A stretch of DNA of 64,000 nucleotides, taken from the IMG/VR virus record IMGVR_UViG_3300007516_001784, positions 1 to 64,000 of that record; one strand, given 5' to 3'. Shown piece by piece: positions 18,613-28,343 of the stretch. The notes under the pieces were generated by a model. The model ran no database searches, had not been told where the DNA came from, and saw only the letters and a list, made by a program, of their open reading frames with translations. Position numbers and translations under genes: made by a program. The first letter of the stretch is position 1, and the number at the start of each line of letters is the position of its first letter. This DNA comes from a virus. Taxonomy: Duplodnaviria > Caudoviricetes.

Positions 18613-20499
18613 ATGAAATACAAAACCCAGTTATATTCGAAAGCGACGCTTCTCAAGCCTCAGACTGATAAGTTTAAGTCTGTTGCTTCGTCGCTAAAGG
18701 ATAAGTACGGCTTTGATCTAAAGCCGCAAATGGATCTTTTGTATCTTGAATCGTGTCTTGTTTCCGCTGGCATTCGAGCCGGTGTTAACGATAACGATGA
18801 CATCTTCACTCGTGAAGAGTGTTGGGCTGCTCGTCACACACCTGTATTGAAGCCCTTTAATTGGCAGCATCAGGACAAGGATATTGTTGGGGTCATTTAT
18901 ACGGTTCAAGCCCGTGATCTCAATGGAAACGTTCTTGATATTCATGACGAGAATGTACCAGAAAACGACTTCGATCTTTGGACAGAAGCCGTTATCTTCC
19001 GCTTGATTCATCCAGAACGTGCCCGCGAGGTTGAAGCTCGTGCGAAGGCAAATGATCTGTTTGTTTCTATGGAAGCTTGGTTTGACGATTACAGCTATGG
19101 ACTGTACGGCAGTAATGGACTGTCGAAGATCGTCGCCCGCAATGAGAAAACCTCTTTCCTTGATAAGCACTTGCGTGCCGCCGGGGGAGCAGGAAAATAT
19201 TATGATCCTGAGTTGGGTCAAGATATGCGAATTGGTCGCGTCTTACGTTCTATTACGTTTGGCGGATGTGGTTTGGTTGACCACCCAGCAAATAAACGTT
19301 CTGTTATCACGTCTGTTGATGTGATGTCAAGCGTAGCTGAGCAAGATCAGATTGAACTATTTCTGCAACAACTAATGGAATCGGAAGCAAATCCTTCACA
19401 GGAGTTAGCCGTAATGAACACACAAGCAAATGTAAATCAGCCTAATGTTGAGACGGCTATCGAATCCGTACTCGACAAGCGTGATCAGGTAGCTGCAAAG
19501 GCAGCCGCAGAGAAGGCATTGCAGGCCCGTGCAACTACAGCAGAAGTAACGAGCAAAGAACTCGAAGCTAAGAATGCTGAGTTGAACAATGCCCTCGAAG
19601 TCAAGAGCCAAGAAGTCCAGTCTTTGAACGATCAAACTGCCGCGTACGACGCTGCTGTTAAGAAGTTGGTCGAAGAGCATGTGACTGCTGGTGCGACGAA
19701 TGACGTACCGCCTGAGATCTCTAAGATCGACTTGGCGAAGACTGGTGCGGACGCTTTCGCTGCAAAGATAGCTTGGATTTCGCAATCGCGTGCAGCTCTC
19801 GCCGCTCGTGCCGCTCGTGCTGATGAGCTTGAAGCCAAGCTTGCCGAAGCGGAACTAGTCGTGCGTGAACAGGACGTTCGTTCACTTCTGAGTGATGTAA
19901 TGTCAGAAGAAGCAGTTGAAGCTTTTGTTGCTCATGCTACCAAACTCGATAATGACGGTTACTTGCAGTGGCGTGACATGCAGGAACTAATGGTCATTGA
20001 GGTTGCGAAAGCAGCGACGACAAGCACAGAAGATGAAGATGAAGATGAAGATGCTCCTGTCGCTAAGAAGGGCAAGATGCCGTTCCCGCCCAAGAAAGGT
20101 AAGGAAGCTAAGGCTGCCAATCCTTTTAGGGCTCTTCTAGAAAAGTATCATTCAGAGAGTACTGCCAATCCCGACACAAGTGTCGTGACTAATGGCGATC
20201 CTCTGATCAACTTCCCAGCCGGTACTGGCATCAACAGTGGTGTCAACTCTGGGCAGTTAAAGAATCCTCGTTACAAGATCGCTGGTGGTGCTGCCGGGAA
20301 CGACCCTTCGAAGGTGCTGGAAACAGCTAAGCCCAAGAATGGCGTTTCTCTTGCCGGTGCTTCTCAAGCTGGTAGCGATGGAGAGGCCGTTAACCCATTC
20401 CGCGTTCTCGCGAGCTTGGTAACGGATTCTAAGCAAGAGAGTGAAGATAATGAAACCCAGCCTAAGGCTCAAAAGCCCGGCTTTGACCCAATTCAGTAA
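18613..20499 (+). CDS. Prohead protease/scaffold fusion (putative)
   Basis: N-terminal globular domain (NDNDDIF, NWQH, VSMEAWF, FGGCGLVDHPAN), then an Ala-rich coiled coil and acidic tract; directly upstream of the capsid genes. Confidence 0.7.
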   Translation: MKYKTQLYSKATLLKPQTDKFKSVASSLKDKYGFDLKPQMDLLYLESCLVSAGIRAGVNDNDDIFTREECWAARHTPVLKPFNWQHQDKDIVGVIYTVQARDLNGNVLDIHDENVPENDFDLWTEAVIFRLIHPERAREVEARAKANDLFVSMEAWFDDYSYGLYGSNGLSKIVARNEKTSFLDKHLRAAGGAGKYYDPELGQDMRIGRVLRSITFGGCGLVDHPANKRSVITSVDVMSSVAEQDQIELFLQQLMESEANPSQELAVMNTQANVNQPNVETAIESVLDKRDQVAAKAAAEKALQARATTAEVTSKELEAKNAELNNALEVKSQEVQSLNDQTAAYDAAVKKLVEEHVTAGATNDVPPEISKIDLAKTGADAFAAKIAWISQSRAALAARAARADELEAKLAEAELVVREQDVRSLLSDVMSEEAVEAFVAHATKLDNDGYLQWRDMQELMVIEVAKAATTSTEDEDEDEDAPVAKKGKMPFPPKKGKEAKAANPFRALLEKYHSESTANPDTSVVTNGDPLINFPAGTGINSGVNSGQLKNPRYKIAGGAAGNDPSKVLETAKPKNGVSLAGASQAGSDGEAVNPFRVLASLVTDSKQESEDNETQPKAQKPGFDPIQ

Positions 20500-20510
20500 G
20501 GAGAGCAAAC

Positions 20511-20996
20511 ATGGCACTACAACCTAGTCGTCAAGTTTTCCAGACATACGTAGAAGGTACGTCATCTGGCGTCGCTGAACGCGGTGGAATCATGTCGTTC
20601 GTTCCTGGTGTTGCTGGGCTTGTAGCCTATGCTAACGCGGCTGCCGTTTCCGGTCAGCTTGTCCAACCGCTCGGTCTTCTTTTGGATGATGTTGAAAACC
20701 TCAACTATTACAATCATCCTGAATACCGTCAGCGTAACGTTGTGCCTCAGGGCAGCGTTGTGGGCATCTGCACGGAAGGTGAGTTCTGGACTGACTTTGT
20801 GGAAACGACTGGTCCGGGAGCAATCTCGGCTGGCACGTACGCCCCAGGTGATGTCCTTTACCTCGCCGACAACGGACAGGTATCGCGTAACAACGGAACG
20901 TTCAACAATGGTGCTACTGCTAAGCGTTTTGTAGTTGGTAAGGCCCTGTCTGCCCGTGGCAGCGACGGATTCCTAAAGGTCCGTATTGATCTCTGA
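20511..20996 (+). CDS. Capsid decoration/cement protein
   Basis: AAGGAG SD, directly before the MCP; PLGLLL...PGDVLY...GQVS...VVGKALS...GFLKVRIDL pattern. Confidence 0.7.
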   Translation: MALQPSRQVFQTYVEGTSSGVAERGGIMSFVPGVAGLVAYANAAAVSGQLVQPLGLLLDDVENLNYYNHPEYRQRNVVPQGSVVGICTEGEFWTDFVETTGPGAISAGTYAPGDVLYLADNGQVSRNNGTFNNGATAKRFVVGKALSARGSDGFLKVRIDL

Positions 20997-21010
20997 TAAG
21001 GAGCACAGAC

Positions 21011-22048
21011 ATGAATTTCCAACGTTATCCGCAAGAAGCAATTGATGCACTACGTGCTACGGCTCACGCCGATAGTGAAGTACGTGCAAAGGCCCAGAAG
21101 GCGTTCGCTGCTGAATTGCAGTGGCCGCTCCGTCAGGGCGTGTTTGATCGTGACAACCTAGGTGGTATTTACGAGAAGCAAGTTCTCGCACCGGGTGCCC
21201 AGGCCAACTATCCTCTCGACTTCGTGAAGCCGGGCGATGAAGATCAATTCATTGCCTTCGCGATGCCGAAGCAGGGTCGTGTTCCTGAGCGTCACGTTGA
21301 AGGCGACGAGCTGTGGGTTCCGACCTTCCAGATCGCCAATTCGATTGACTGGTCATTGAAGTACGCAAAGGAAGCACGTTTCGACGTGATCATGCGTGCG
21401 ATCCGTGTGTACGAAGCTGGCTTCGTCCGCAAGATCAACAGTGACGGTTGGCGTACGATCCTTGGTGCGGCTGATGGCCGTGGCATGGTCGTAACGGCAA
21501 ACGGAGCAGCTCCGTTCACGGGCTCGACGCTCACTCCGACTGCGGCTGCTGGACAGTTCACGAAGGAACTGATCAGCCGTATGAAGACGGCAATGACTCG
21601 TGGTGCAGGCGGCAACGGTAACAGCGGTCGTCTGACCGACGTTTACCTGTCGATGGAAGCAATGGAAGACATTCGCGGGTGGGACGTGGATGAAATCGAC
21701 GAGTTCACTCGTCGTGAGATCTTCGTTTCGAAGGAATACGGCCTAGCTCAGATCTATGGCGTTGTTCTGCACGAAATGACCGAGTTCGGTGAAGGTCAGG
21801 AATACGAGAACTTCATTAAGACGACTCTCGGTCGTGCCCACCAGACGGTCAACTCTGTCACCTTGAAGGAGTTCGCCATTGGTTTGGACTTGAGCACGAT
21901 GGACTCATTCGTGATGCCGATTCGTGAAGAGTTGCAGACCTATGAAGACCCGGCCCTCTATCGCGAGCAGCGTGCGGGCATCTTCGGATGGATGGAGCAC
22001 GGCTTTGCCGTTCTCGATCCTCGCCGCGTGGTGATTGGCGAGTTCTGA
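21011..22048 (+). CDS. Major capsid protein (HK97-like fold)
   Basis: 345 aa, AAGGAG SD, strong C-ending codon bias, C-terminal GIFGWMEHGFAVLDPRRV, followed by a strong hairpin. Confidence 0.88.
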   Translation: MNFQRYPQEAIDALRATAHADSEVRAKAQKAFAAELQWPLRQGVFDRDNLGGIYEKQVLAPGAQANYPLDFVKPGDEDQFIAFAMPKQGRVPERHVEGDELWVPTFQIANSIDWSLKYAKEARFDVIMRAIRVYEAGFVRKINSDGWRTILGAADGRGMVVTANGAAPFTGSTLTPTAAAGQFTKELISRMKTAMTRGAGGNGNSGRLTDVYLSMEAMEDIRGWDVDEIDEFTRREIFVSKEYGLAQIYGVVLHEMTEFGEGQEYENFIKTTLGRAHQTVNSVTLKEFAIGLDLSTMDSFVMPIREELQTYEDPALYREQRAGIFGWMEHGFAVLDPRRVVIGEF

Positions 22049-22072
22049 TATTCGCTAGTCGATGAATGATAC

Positions 22073-22104
22073 ATGGGCGGCGGCTGTAAGCCGCCGCCCA
22101 TTTC
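22073..22104 (+). terminator. Intrinsic terminator-like hairpin after the MCP
   Basis: 13-bp perfect stem ATGGGCGGCGGCT-gta-AGCCGCCGCCCAT with a short T tail. Confidence 0.75.
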
Positions 22105-22105
22105 A

Positions 22106-22113
22106 TTAGTGTA
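22106..22113 (+). promoter_or_regulatory. TTAGTGTA putative late promoter motif (before neck genes)
   Basis: Directly after the MCP terminator, 23 nt before ATG 22137. Confidence 0.6.
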
Positions 22114-22136
22114 TTATCTATCAGAAGGCGGAACAT

Positions 22137-23009
22137 ATGGCTGGCGAAACAAAAATTCTCACTGTCGGTCAAGCTGCATCAGCCCTAGACATCTTTCTAT
22201 CCGCTAACGGTGCTCCTGTTAGTGGACAATATGTAGGGTTTAGGCTATTTGACGCTGCTAATGCTTCCGCCGTTAGCGGCGTTGCACTTAATCCTGAACT
22301 AGGACATTATACTGGTTCTGGCTTAATTCCCCCTGGTTATCAACTAGGTAGTTGGCATATTGATTGGACGATCGTTACGCAGACAAATTCAGTAGTCTTT
22401 GCAAGCGAACCATTTCAAGTCCAAGATGTATTAGTTTCTATTGGCTTTGCACCGCCAACAGATAAGACATCGACAATCTATGATGCTGTACGTATTGACA
22501 TTGGCGATCCCGAAGGTCATATCTTTGATGATAACTTTTTGCAGCACGTGCTTGTAAAAGCTGTTCGTAGACTGAATCAAGCCTTGGGGCTTTCGCGAAC
22601 ATCTAGACCTCAAGGAATCCCCGGTGGATTTGGTGGTCCTAAGATCCAGGTCGCTGAACTTACAGTCGATGTTGAGGCTGGTACTATTGAGCCCAACAAT
22701 GATGAATTGTGCGACTTGATTATTCTTCAAATGGAATACATCATTATCACTGCTGAGACATCTGCACTCAAGAGACTTGGGGCGTCTTTTGCTTCTGGTC
22801 CATTTGCAACTGTTGTAGGTGGTATTGGCAATGAAGGTATTTCGGTGACAAATGCCGACGGCGTGACGGTCAACATTAGTACTGGTCGTCTACAGTTCCG
22901 TACGACACTTCAACGTTTGGACGTTGAGACACGTAAGGAAGAACTTGAAACAGCAATTAAGCGTTTCTTGGGTCGTCAGACGGGGAATTACGGAAAATTG
23001 GTGTATTAG
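22137..23009 (+). CDS. Head-tail adaptor/neck protein (putative)
   Basis: First gene after the MCP; Ig-like N-terminus, then VRIDIGD...FDDNFL adaptor-like helix. Confidence 0.6.
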   Translation: MAGETKILTVGQAASALDIFLSANGAPVSGQYVGFRLFDAANASAVSGVALNPELGHYTGSGLIPPGYQLGSWHIDWTIVTQTNSVVFASEPFQVQDVLVSIGFAPPTDKTSTIYDAVRIDIGDPEGHIFDDNFLQHVLVKAVRRLNQALGLSRTSRPQGIPGGFGGPKIQVAELTVDVEAGTIEPNNDELCDLIILQMEYIIITAETSALKRLGASFASGPFATVVGGIGNEGISVTNADGVTVNISTGRLQFRTTLQRLDVETRKEELETAIKRFLGRQTGNYGKLVY

Positions 23010-23014
23010 ACACG

Positions 23015-23353
23015 ATGCTAGTTCATTGCAAAACCCCCCGTGGTGTACTGTATATCAATAACGAACCTATTTACGGTAGAGAAGATATGCACGATCCAGT
23101 TGATGTACCTTTTCAAGTCTATGAAAAGTGCAAAGATGCACTTGAAGACGCTACATATCGCGAGGGTTATCTTCGTGATAAGTTCGGATGGAATCAAGGT
23201 GAGATTGCGTTCACATATAGCGAATTGAAATGGCTACCTGAAAATACACTTCGTAAAATCGCCAAAGGAATTGGAACGAACGCCAAGAGAACTACTAAGA
23301 AGCAATTGGTACAAGATATTACACGAGCCCTTAGAGATGTCATTAAGACCTGA
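23015..23353 (+). CDS. Hypothetical protein with C-terminal helix-extended-helix (Rho-N-like) motif
   Basis: LRKIAKGIG...TKKQLVQDI. Confidence 0.55.
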   Translation: MLVHCKTPRGVLYINNEPIYGREDMHDPVDVPFQVYEKCKDALEDATYREGYLRDKFGWNQGEIAFTYSELKWLPENTLRKIAKGIGTNAKRTTKKQLVQDITRALRDVIKT

Positions 23354-23909
23354 TCGTCAGACTCAGCAAGTCAACATTGATTTTCCTTGTCCATGGACAC
23401 AGGAACGTGGTGGTGTTTTGGGTTGGGCTCAGGCTTCTGGCATGTACTACCTTGAGTATGCTTTTGATCCTAGTGGTGTGCATATTGCCGGTTTACAACT
23501 CAATGATATTGAGAATGTTAACATGACTCGTCAACCGTTTCAGCAGTACATTCGTAATATCGACATTCCATTCGCCATAGTTGGAGTTGCCACCCAAGGT
23601 GATTTTTTGACTGATTGGATATATCCAGTTGGAGCTATCAATCAAGGAGATATCGCATACGCTGGTCCAAGCGGCATGATCACGAACTCGTCAACTTTCG
23701 GAGGCGAAGTGATTGGCAAGTTCATTGGCGTTTTGATTCCGAAGCCGCACTGGGTAACTTTGCGTGGTATGGGATTCTCTCGTCAATACATCGACACCTC
23801 TAAGCATTCCAAGCCACTGATCTGGGAGAATAATCCAGCGGACGCTATTCGTTTAGCTACGCCGGGCTTTATCAAGGTTCGCGTTGATATGGGAGCTAGC
23901 CTAAAATAA
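23337..23909 (+). CDS. Second decoration-protein paralog
   Basis: MSLRPDRQ...ERGG...GD..Y...G.I...GFIKVRVDM aligns by eye with 20511-20996. Confidence 0.7.
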   Translation: MSLRPDRQTQQVNIDFPCPWTQERGGVLGWAQASGMYYLEYAFDPSGVHIAGLQLNDIENVNMTRQPFQQYIRNIDIPFAIVGVATQGDFLTDWIYPVGAINQGDIAYAGPSGMITNSSTFGGEVIGKFIGVLIPKPHWVTLRGMGFSRQYIDTSKHSKPLIWENNPADAIRLATPGFIKVRVDMGASLK

Positions 23910-24448
23910 TGGTCAATCTTACTCCTAATCAAGACTTCTCGACAGCAAGCGGCATTATCAATGTTGGCTTTATGGAGTCTGTCTATCACTCGTTTATGAG
24001 TGAGGCGTTCGTTGATTTAGGTCGTCCAGTAACCTTTCATTTGCCGCCGACCAAAGAACAAGACGTGCAGACTCAATCTCAGCCCGCACCTCAACAATTT
24101 AATCCTTTCTTTTCAAGAGTGCCTGTGCCTAATACTAATACTCGTGGTACAGGCGTCAAAGTCACGCCACGCGACGTAACGTACAAAGCTCAGATCGTAG
24201 TTGGTCCAATCAAGAACGATTTGCGTTTAACTGGCATGGGTTGGCTCGATGATAATGAAGCTATGATTACTGTTGTAGTTGAAGCACTAGAACATGTTTT
24301 AGCTGCACTTGCTGTTTCTATTGAAGGACGAAGATATACAGTTGTCGAAACTCGTCCTATAGGATTTTCTGTTCGTAGATATCTAATGGTCAAGCTACGC
24401 GAAGTACAAGAATCACAGCCGCCGTCAACAAACTTAACGGTGGGATAA
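23909..24448 (+). CDS. Head closure/stopper-like protein (putative)
   Basis: Position in the neck module; SIEGRRYTV...RYLMVKL beta-rich C-terminus. Confidence 0.5.
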   Translation: MVNLTPNQDFSTASGIINVGFMESVYHSFMSEAFVDLGRPVTFHLPPTKEQDVQTQSQPAPQQFNPFFSRVPVPNTNTRGTGVKVTPRDVTYKAQIVVGPIKNDLRLTGMGWLDDNEAMITVVVEALEHVLAALAVSIEGRRYTVVETRPIGFSVRRYLMVKLREVQESQPPSTNLTVG

Positions 24449-24475
24449 AGAAGTGCAGTATACGAAAGGCAACTA

Positions 24476-25501
24476 ATGGGACTTGAGTATAAATTACGAA
24501 GTCTTTTGAAGCTCAATCTCAAATTGTTCTTGGATATGCATTTTCTGAGAGAATCTTCTTTTATTAATGTAGCATCTGGTCAATTGTTTTATGATAATTC
24601 CGACATGAGCGTTCTGCTGGCTGATACTACAGCAGATGACACGTTATTTGGTCTGTCAGATGGACAAGTATGGCAATCACCATTCAGACAATTTGTCTAC
24701 GAATCTGGTGTTCCTCTTGACGGTACGAATGTTGGCACTTCTCCTATAGTTGCTTCCGGCGTCTATATTGAGGGTGCTTTTAGACCAACGAACGATCCTC
24801 AATTTGGCCACACAATCGACTTTATCAATGGTCGCGTGATCTTCAATTCGCCGCAGTCTCTTGATTTGCAAGTCAATGCAGAATATTCCGCACGTCAAGT
24901 ACGTATCGGTTTCGAGCACGACTTTAATCAACAGTTCAGCAAAGGATATCTTGAAAGCAAGTACGGTACGAATCCATTAACGTCAATGCAACTAGTGTAT
25001 CCTTCTGGAATATTCCAACCATTTCCAGCCGTCTTCATTGAAGTAGACAATCGTACAATGACGCCGTACGAGCTTGGTAACCGCAGTGCTATTATCAAGG
25101 ACAAGGTTATTCTGCATATTTGGGCATTGGATGATTTGCAACGAGATAATATCGTAGATATCTTGACTTCGCAGTGGCGTAAGGCCATTCCGATAATCAA
25201 CTTCAACCGTGCTCCATTACCGCTCTCAGGGATTTACAACACTCTATCTCCTGAGTATGTGCCATATCAGGAAATGCTCAGAAATAACAAGTTAATTACT
25301 ACCGTTGGTTCTGGCGTGCCAGTTATTTACACTGCCTATATCACCGATATTGAAGCCAACAACATTAATGTGGCTCAAGAGTACGAACGTGCTATTGTAA
25401 CGTACGAAATTGACGTGTATTTGAATGCCCCAACCACGCCCCTAGGTAGTTACTTTGGGCCTATTTCGACGATCCCGACCATTGAAGGGCCGATCTTCTA
25501 G
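24476..25501 (+). CDS. Tail completion/terminator-like protein (putative)
   Basis: FPAVFIEV...YELG...ILHIWA.DDLQRDNIVDIL; directly upstream of the tail tube. Confidence 0.6.
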   Translation: MGLEYKLRSLLKLNLKLFLDMHFLRESSFINVASGQLFYDNSDMSVLLADTTADDTLFGLSDGQVWQSPFRQFVYESGVPLDGTNVGTSPIVASGVYIEGAFRPTNDPQFGHTIDFINGRVIFNSPQSLDLQVNAEYSARQVRIGFEHDFNQQFSKGYLESKYGTNPLTSMQLVYPSGIFQPFPAVFIEVDNRTMTPYELGNRSAIIKDKVILHIWALDDLQRDNIVDILTSQWRKAIPIINFNRAPLPLSGIYNTLSPEYVPYQEMLRNNKLITTVGSGVPVIYTAYITDIEANNINVAQEYERAIVTYEIDVYLNAPTTPLGSYFGPISTIPTIEGPIF

Positions 25502-25502
25502 T

Positions 25503-25510
25503 TTAGTGTA
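25503..25510 (+). promoter_or_regulatory. TTAGTGTA putative late promoter motif (before major tail protein)
   Basis: Intergenic; upstream of a GGAGGA SD and ATG 25595. Confidence 0.6.
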
Positions 25511-25594
25511 ATCTACTGATGAGAAAGCGACTAAGGTACCACTGTCGCTAATCGTAACTTTGCAAAGTACCCTATACGTAGGGAGGAATGAAAC

Positions 25595-27001
25595 ATGACG
25601 AACAATAGAGTCTTCTGGGCAATTGAGCAGCTTGCTTTAAAGGCAAACTCTTCACCCGCTACAAGCGGCGTGGCTGCTTTTAATGCCCGTAACTATGCTA
25701 CAGGTGCTATTGCATCGGGCGTAAACGAAGTGGGAGCACTATGGGAAGTGCCCCGTGGCGTACAAAGTGCCGGTATGAGCACGAAGTTTAATCTACAACA
25801 GGTTTTCCAACTTGGTCAGATTGAGCTTTACGAATATTCAGAACGTCAACCTGACATCGAAATGACAATTTCGAAGTGTGTTGATGGAACTAAGCCGTTG
25901 TTCTTGATGGTGACTGATCCGGCTGGCACGGACATCACTTCTAAGACGGCGAACTTCCGTGTTGACGTTGCCTTCCAAATTTTCCCAGATACGAAGTTCC
26001 GTGCAACTGGTAAGCCTGTGTCGATTTGCACTGGCTCTGGTATGTATCTGTCGAACATCTCGTACACCTATCCGATTGATGGCTTCGTAACAGAAGACAT
26101 CACGTTGGTTGGCAACGATAAGATTTGGGGATCTTTCATCAACGTATCTGGCGTCACTGCCGGTAACGGCGGAACAGAACAACTTCTTTCGTTCCCGACT
26201 CCTGGCTTCAACGGCAACGTAGATCCGAATGCTCCCACTGGCGGACCTTCTGGTGTCTTTGGTCACGACGGTAACACGTCCCCACTCGTTGAGGGTGGAG
26301 CGTTTGAAACTGCCGGTGGTGCTGACAGATTCGGTGTTATTGTGGTTGGTTCTGGTGTAGCTCGTCGTGAAGAAGTGGACATCAGTCACTCGATCTTGCC
26401 GCGAGACATTCCGGGTATCATCACACCTAACATTTCGGGTATCAATGCTGCATATATCAATGGTGGCTTCGGTTCTCAGGGGCCTGGAACTGCTTCTGCC
26501 TTCACTCAGTTGATTGCTGACTCGAATACGGATTACATTGCGGAACACATTCAGACGATCACCGTTTCCTTCTCGATTGCCCGCAAGGACATTTTCGAGC
26601 TTGGTAGCAAGCGTCCGTTCGTGAAGGTGCCGGAATATCCTCTCGAAGCAACGGCCAGCATTGCCGTTATCACTGCTCAGGGTGACCTAGTGGATGCAAC
26701 GTCGCAGATCGACTGCGGGCCTGATAACACAAGAGAAAGCAACACAATCATCATCCGTACTTGCGACGGTCTCCAGGTTGACCTGGGTGACTCGAACCGC
26801 TTGACGGGCGTTGAGGTTGCTGGTGGCGAAGCTGGTGGTGATAACATGACTGTCACGTATAACTACTCAAGCTTCAACAACTTCTACGTGTCGCATGACT
26901 TCTTCCAGCCGAACCACCGTGTGGTGATCTTCGGAACAGGCAGAAGCCGCTTCAACGTAGGTAAGCCGCCGTTCTTGAGAAGCGACATCGGTCTCTTCTG
27001 A
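25595..27001 (+). CDS. Major tail (tube) protein
   Basis: GGAGGA SD, MCP-like codon bias, two related motifs GVQS...QVFQLG and HIQT...DIFELG; upstream of chaperones and tape measure. Confidence 0.72.
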   Translation: MTNNRVFWAIEQLALKANSSPATSGVAAFNARNYATGAIASGVNEVGALWEVPRGVQSAGMSTKFNLQQVFQLGQIELYEYSERQPDIEMTISKCVDGTKPLFLMVTDPAGTDITSKTANFRVDVAFQIFPDTKFRATGKPVSICTGSGMYLSNISYTYPIDGFVTEDITLVGNDKIWGSFINVSGVTAGNGGTEQLLSFPTPGFNGNVDPNAPTGGPSGVFGHDGNTSPLVEGGAFETAGGADRFGVIVVGSGVARREEVDISHSILPRDIPGIITPNISGINAAYINGGFGSQGPGTASAFTQLIADSNTDYIAEHIQTITVSFSIARKDIFELGSKRPFVKVPEYPLEATASIAVITAQGDLVDATSQIDCGPDNTRESNTIIIRTCDGLQVDLGDSNRLTGVEVAGGEAGGDNMTVTYNYSSFNNFYVSHDFFQPNHRVVIFGTGRSRFNVGKPPFLRSDIGLF

Positions 27002-27118
27002 TATCCGTTGGTGGGCCGTGATAGGAGCAGGGGGTAAGTCCTGTCACGGTCTGCTGACTTACAATTTGATCAAGGTGCAAGGCTCCCGCTAGGCGGGTGG
27101 TTTAGGAATGGAGAACAT

Positions 27119-27146
27119 GGGATGCACCAAAAGTGCGTCCCTTTTT
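27119..27146 (+). terminator. Intrinsic terminator/attenuator after the tail tube gene
   Basis: GGGATGCAC-caaaa-GTGCGTCCC-TTTTT. Confidence 0.7.
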
Positions 27147-27149
27147 CGT

Positions 27150-28343
27150 ATGTCGGTACAGGAAAAAATTCAGCAGATTCTTTGGGATAAACGCTATTTG
27201 TGTATTCCCGAAGAATATACTCAATCGGGCATTGAATATGTTCTAATCAAGGACATGACGATAGAGGATCGCAACATCTATGCTTTCGTGCAGCGTCGCG
27301 AATTAGCATTAGCTCGTAAGCAGGGTGTCCAGACGGAAGTCGAACTATTATCTGCTGCAAAGGTCGTTGGACTATGGACTGCGGAAGATGATCTCGTGAT
27401 CGCCAAAGCGGATGAGCACATCGAGTTTCTTGAGGCCGAAAAAAAGGCACAACGATTCTTAGCACGTAAAAAATCCCTCCAAGTCCAGATTGACGCTACG
27501 CTCGAAAAGAAACGAGTCACGCAATCTAAGCGTAACGAGTACTTCATTAATAGTGCGGAGTACTATGCGAGCGAGATAGCCGCCAACACTCTTGTGCGTC
27601 GTGTCGCCCACAACTTAGATGGCACGGTACTGTGGCCCACAGACGCATCTTTCCTCTTTTCAAAGCAATATCATCATAGCTTTGTTATTTATATCACGAA
27701 TGCAGTACTGTCCGAAGGCATTCTGCCTATCGACGAAATTCGTGAAGTTGCTCGTTATCCAGAGTGGCGTTTAACGTGGGTCTTGCAGCGTGAAAACTTA
27801 CATGCTGTTTTTAATCGCTCTGTTGGTGACTTGACTATCAATCAAAAACTCCTTATTTATTGGAGTCGCATTTATGATTCTGCATTCGAATCTGCTGAGC
27901 CACCCTCATCAGACATTGTAAATGATGATGACAAATTTGATGCATGGCTAGCTAATCGTGAACTTGCCAGTAAAGAGTCGCATGACACAAAGCGTCTTGG
28001 AGCGAAAGATCATAATGAGAGAATGCAGGTACTTGATGGCGAATACAGTCAAACCTGTAATTGTGGTGCGAAAGCCAAGAACGTTGGCAAGGGACTTGGT
28101 GAGCGTACACAACATGGTGTGGCTTGTCCATGGGGTACATTCCGTCGATACACAGTACAAGAACGTGAACAGATTGCACGACAAATCTATTCTCGTAATT
28201 CAGATCGCGTGAGAACTATTATTGAGAATGAACAACAGACCGTGATTGCTAAGGGTGAAGTTGAAGAACATCATCTACGTGGTACAAAGACACGCCACAT
28301 GTTAGGCATGAAAACGGACATAGTGTCTATGCATAAAAAATGA
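27150..28343 (+). CDS. Tail assembly chaperone-like protein (start 27108, 27117 or 27150 uncertain)
   Basis: Lies between tube and tape measure; helical; YWSRIYD...DDDKFDAW; Cys/His insert near the C-terminus. Confidence 0.55.
   Translation: MSVQEKIQQILWDKRYLCIPEEYTQSGIEYVLIKDMTIEDRNIYAFVQRRELALARKQGVQTEVELLSAAKVVGLWTAEDDLVIAKADEHIEFLEAEKKAQRFLARKKSLQVQIDATLEKKRVTQSKRNEYFINSAEYYASEIAANTLVRRVAHNLDGTVLWPTDASFLFSKQYHHSFVIYITNAVLSEGILPIDEIREVARYPEWRLTWVLQRENLHAVFNRSVGDLTINQKLLIYWSRIYDSAFESAEPPSSDIVNDDDKFDAWLANRELASKESHDTKRLGAKDHNERMQVLDGEYSQTCNCGAKAKNVGKGLGERTQHGVACPWGTFRRYTVQEREQIARQIYSRNSDRVRTIIENEQQTVIAKGEVEEHHLRGTKTRHMLGMKTDIVSMHKK

Noticed and set aside
20029-20052. (GAAGAT)4 repeat
   Set aside because: It simply encodes an acidic EDEDEDED tract typical of scaffold proteins.
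25838-26548. 236-aa antisense ORF, and similar antisense ORFs in scaffold, tape measure and dnaE
   Set aside because: They lie opposite well-supported genes with biased codons and show no recognisable motifs or translation signals.
25595-27001. Contractile tail sheath
   Set aside because: No sheath motifs or baseplate wedge genes were recognised; a tube-like duplicated motif is present instead. Morphology remains unproven.
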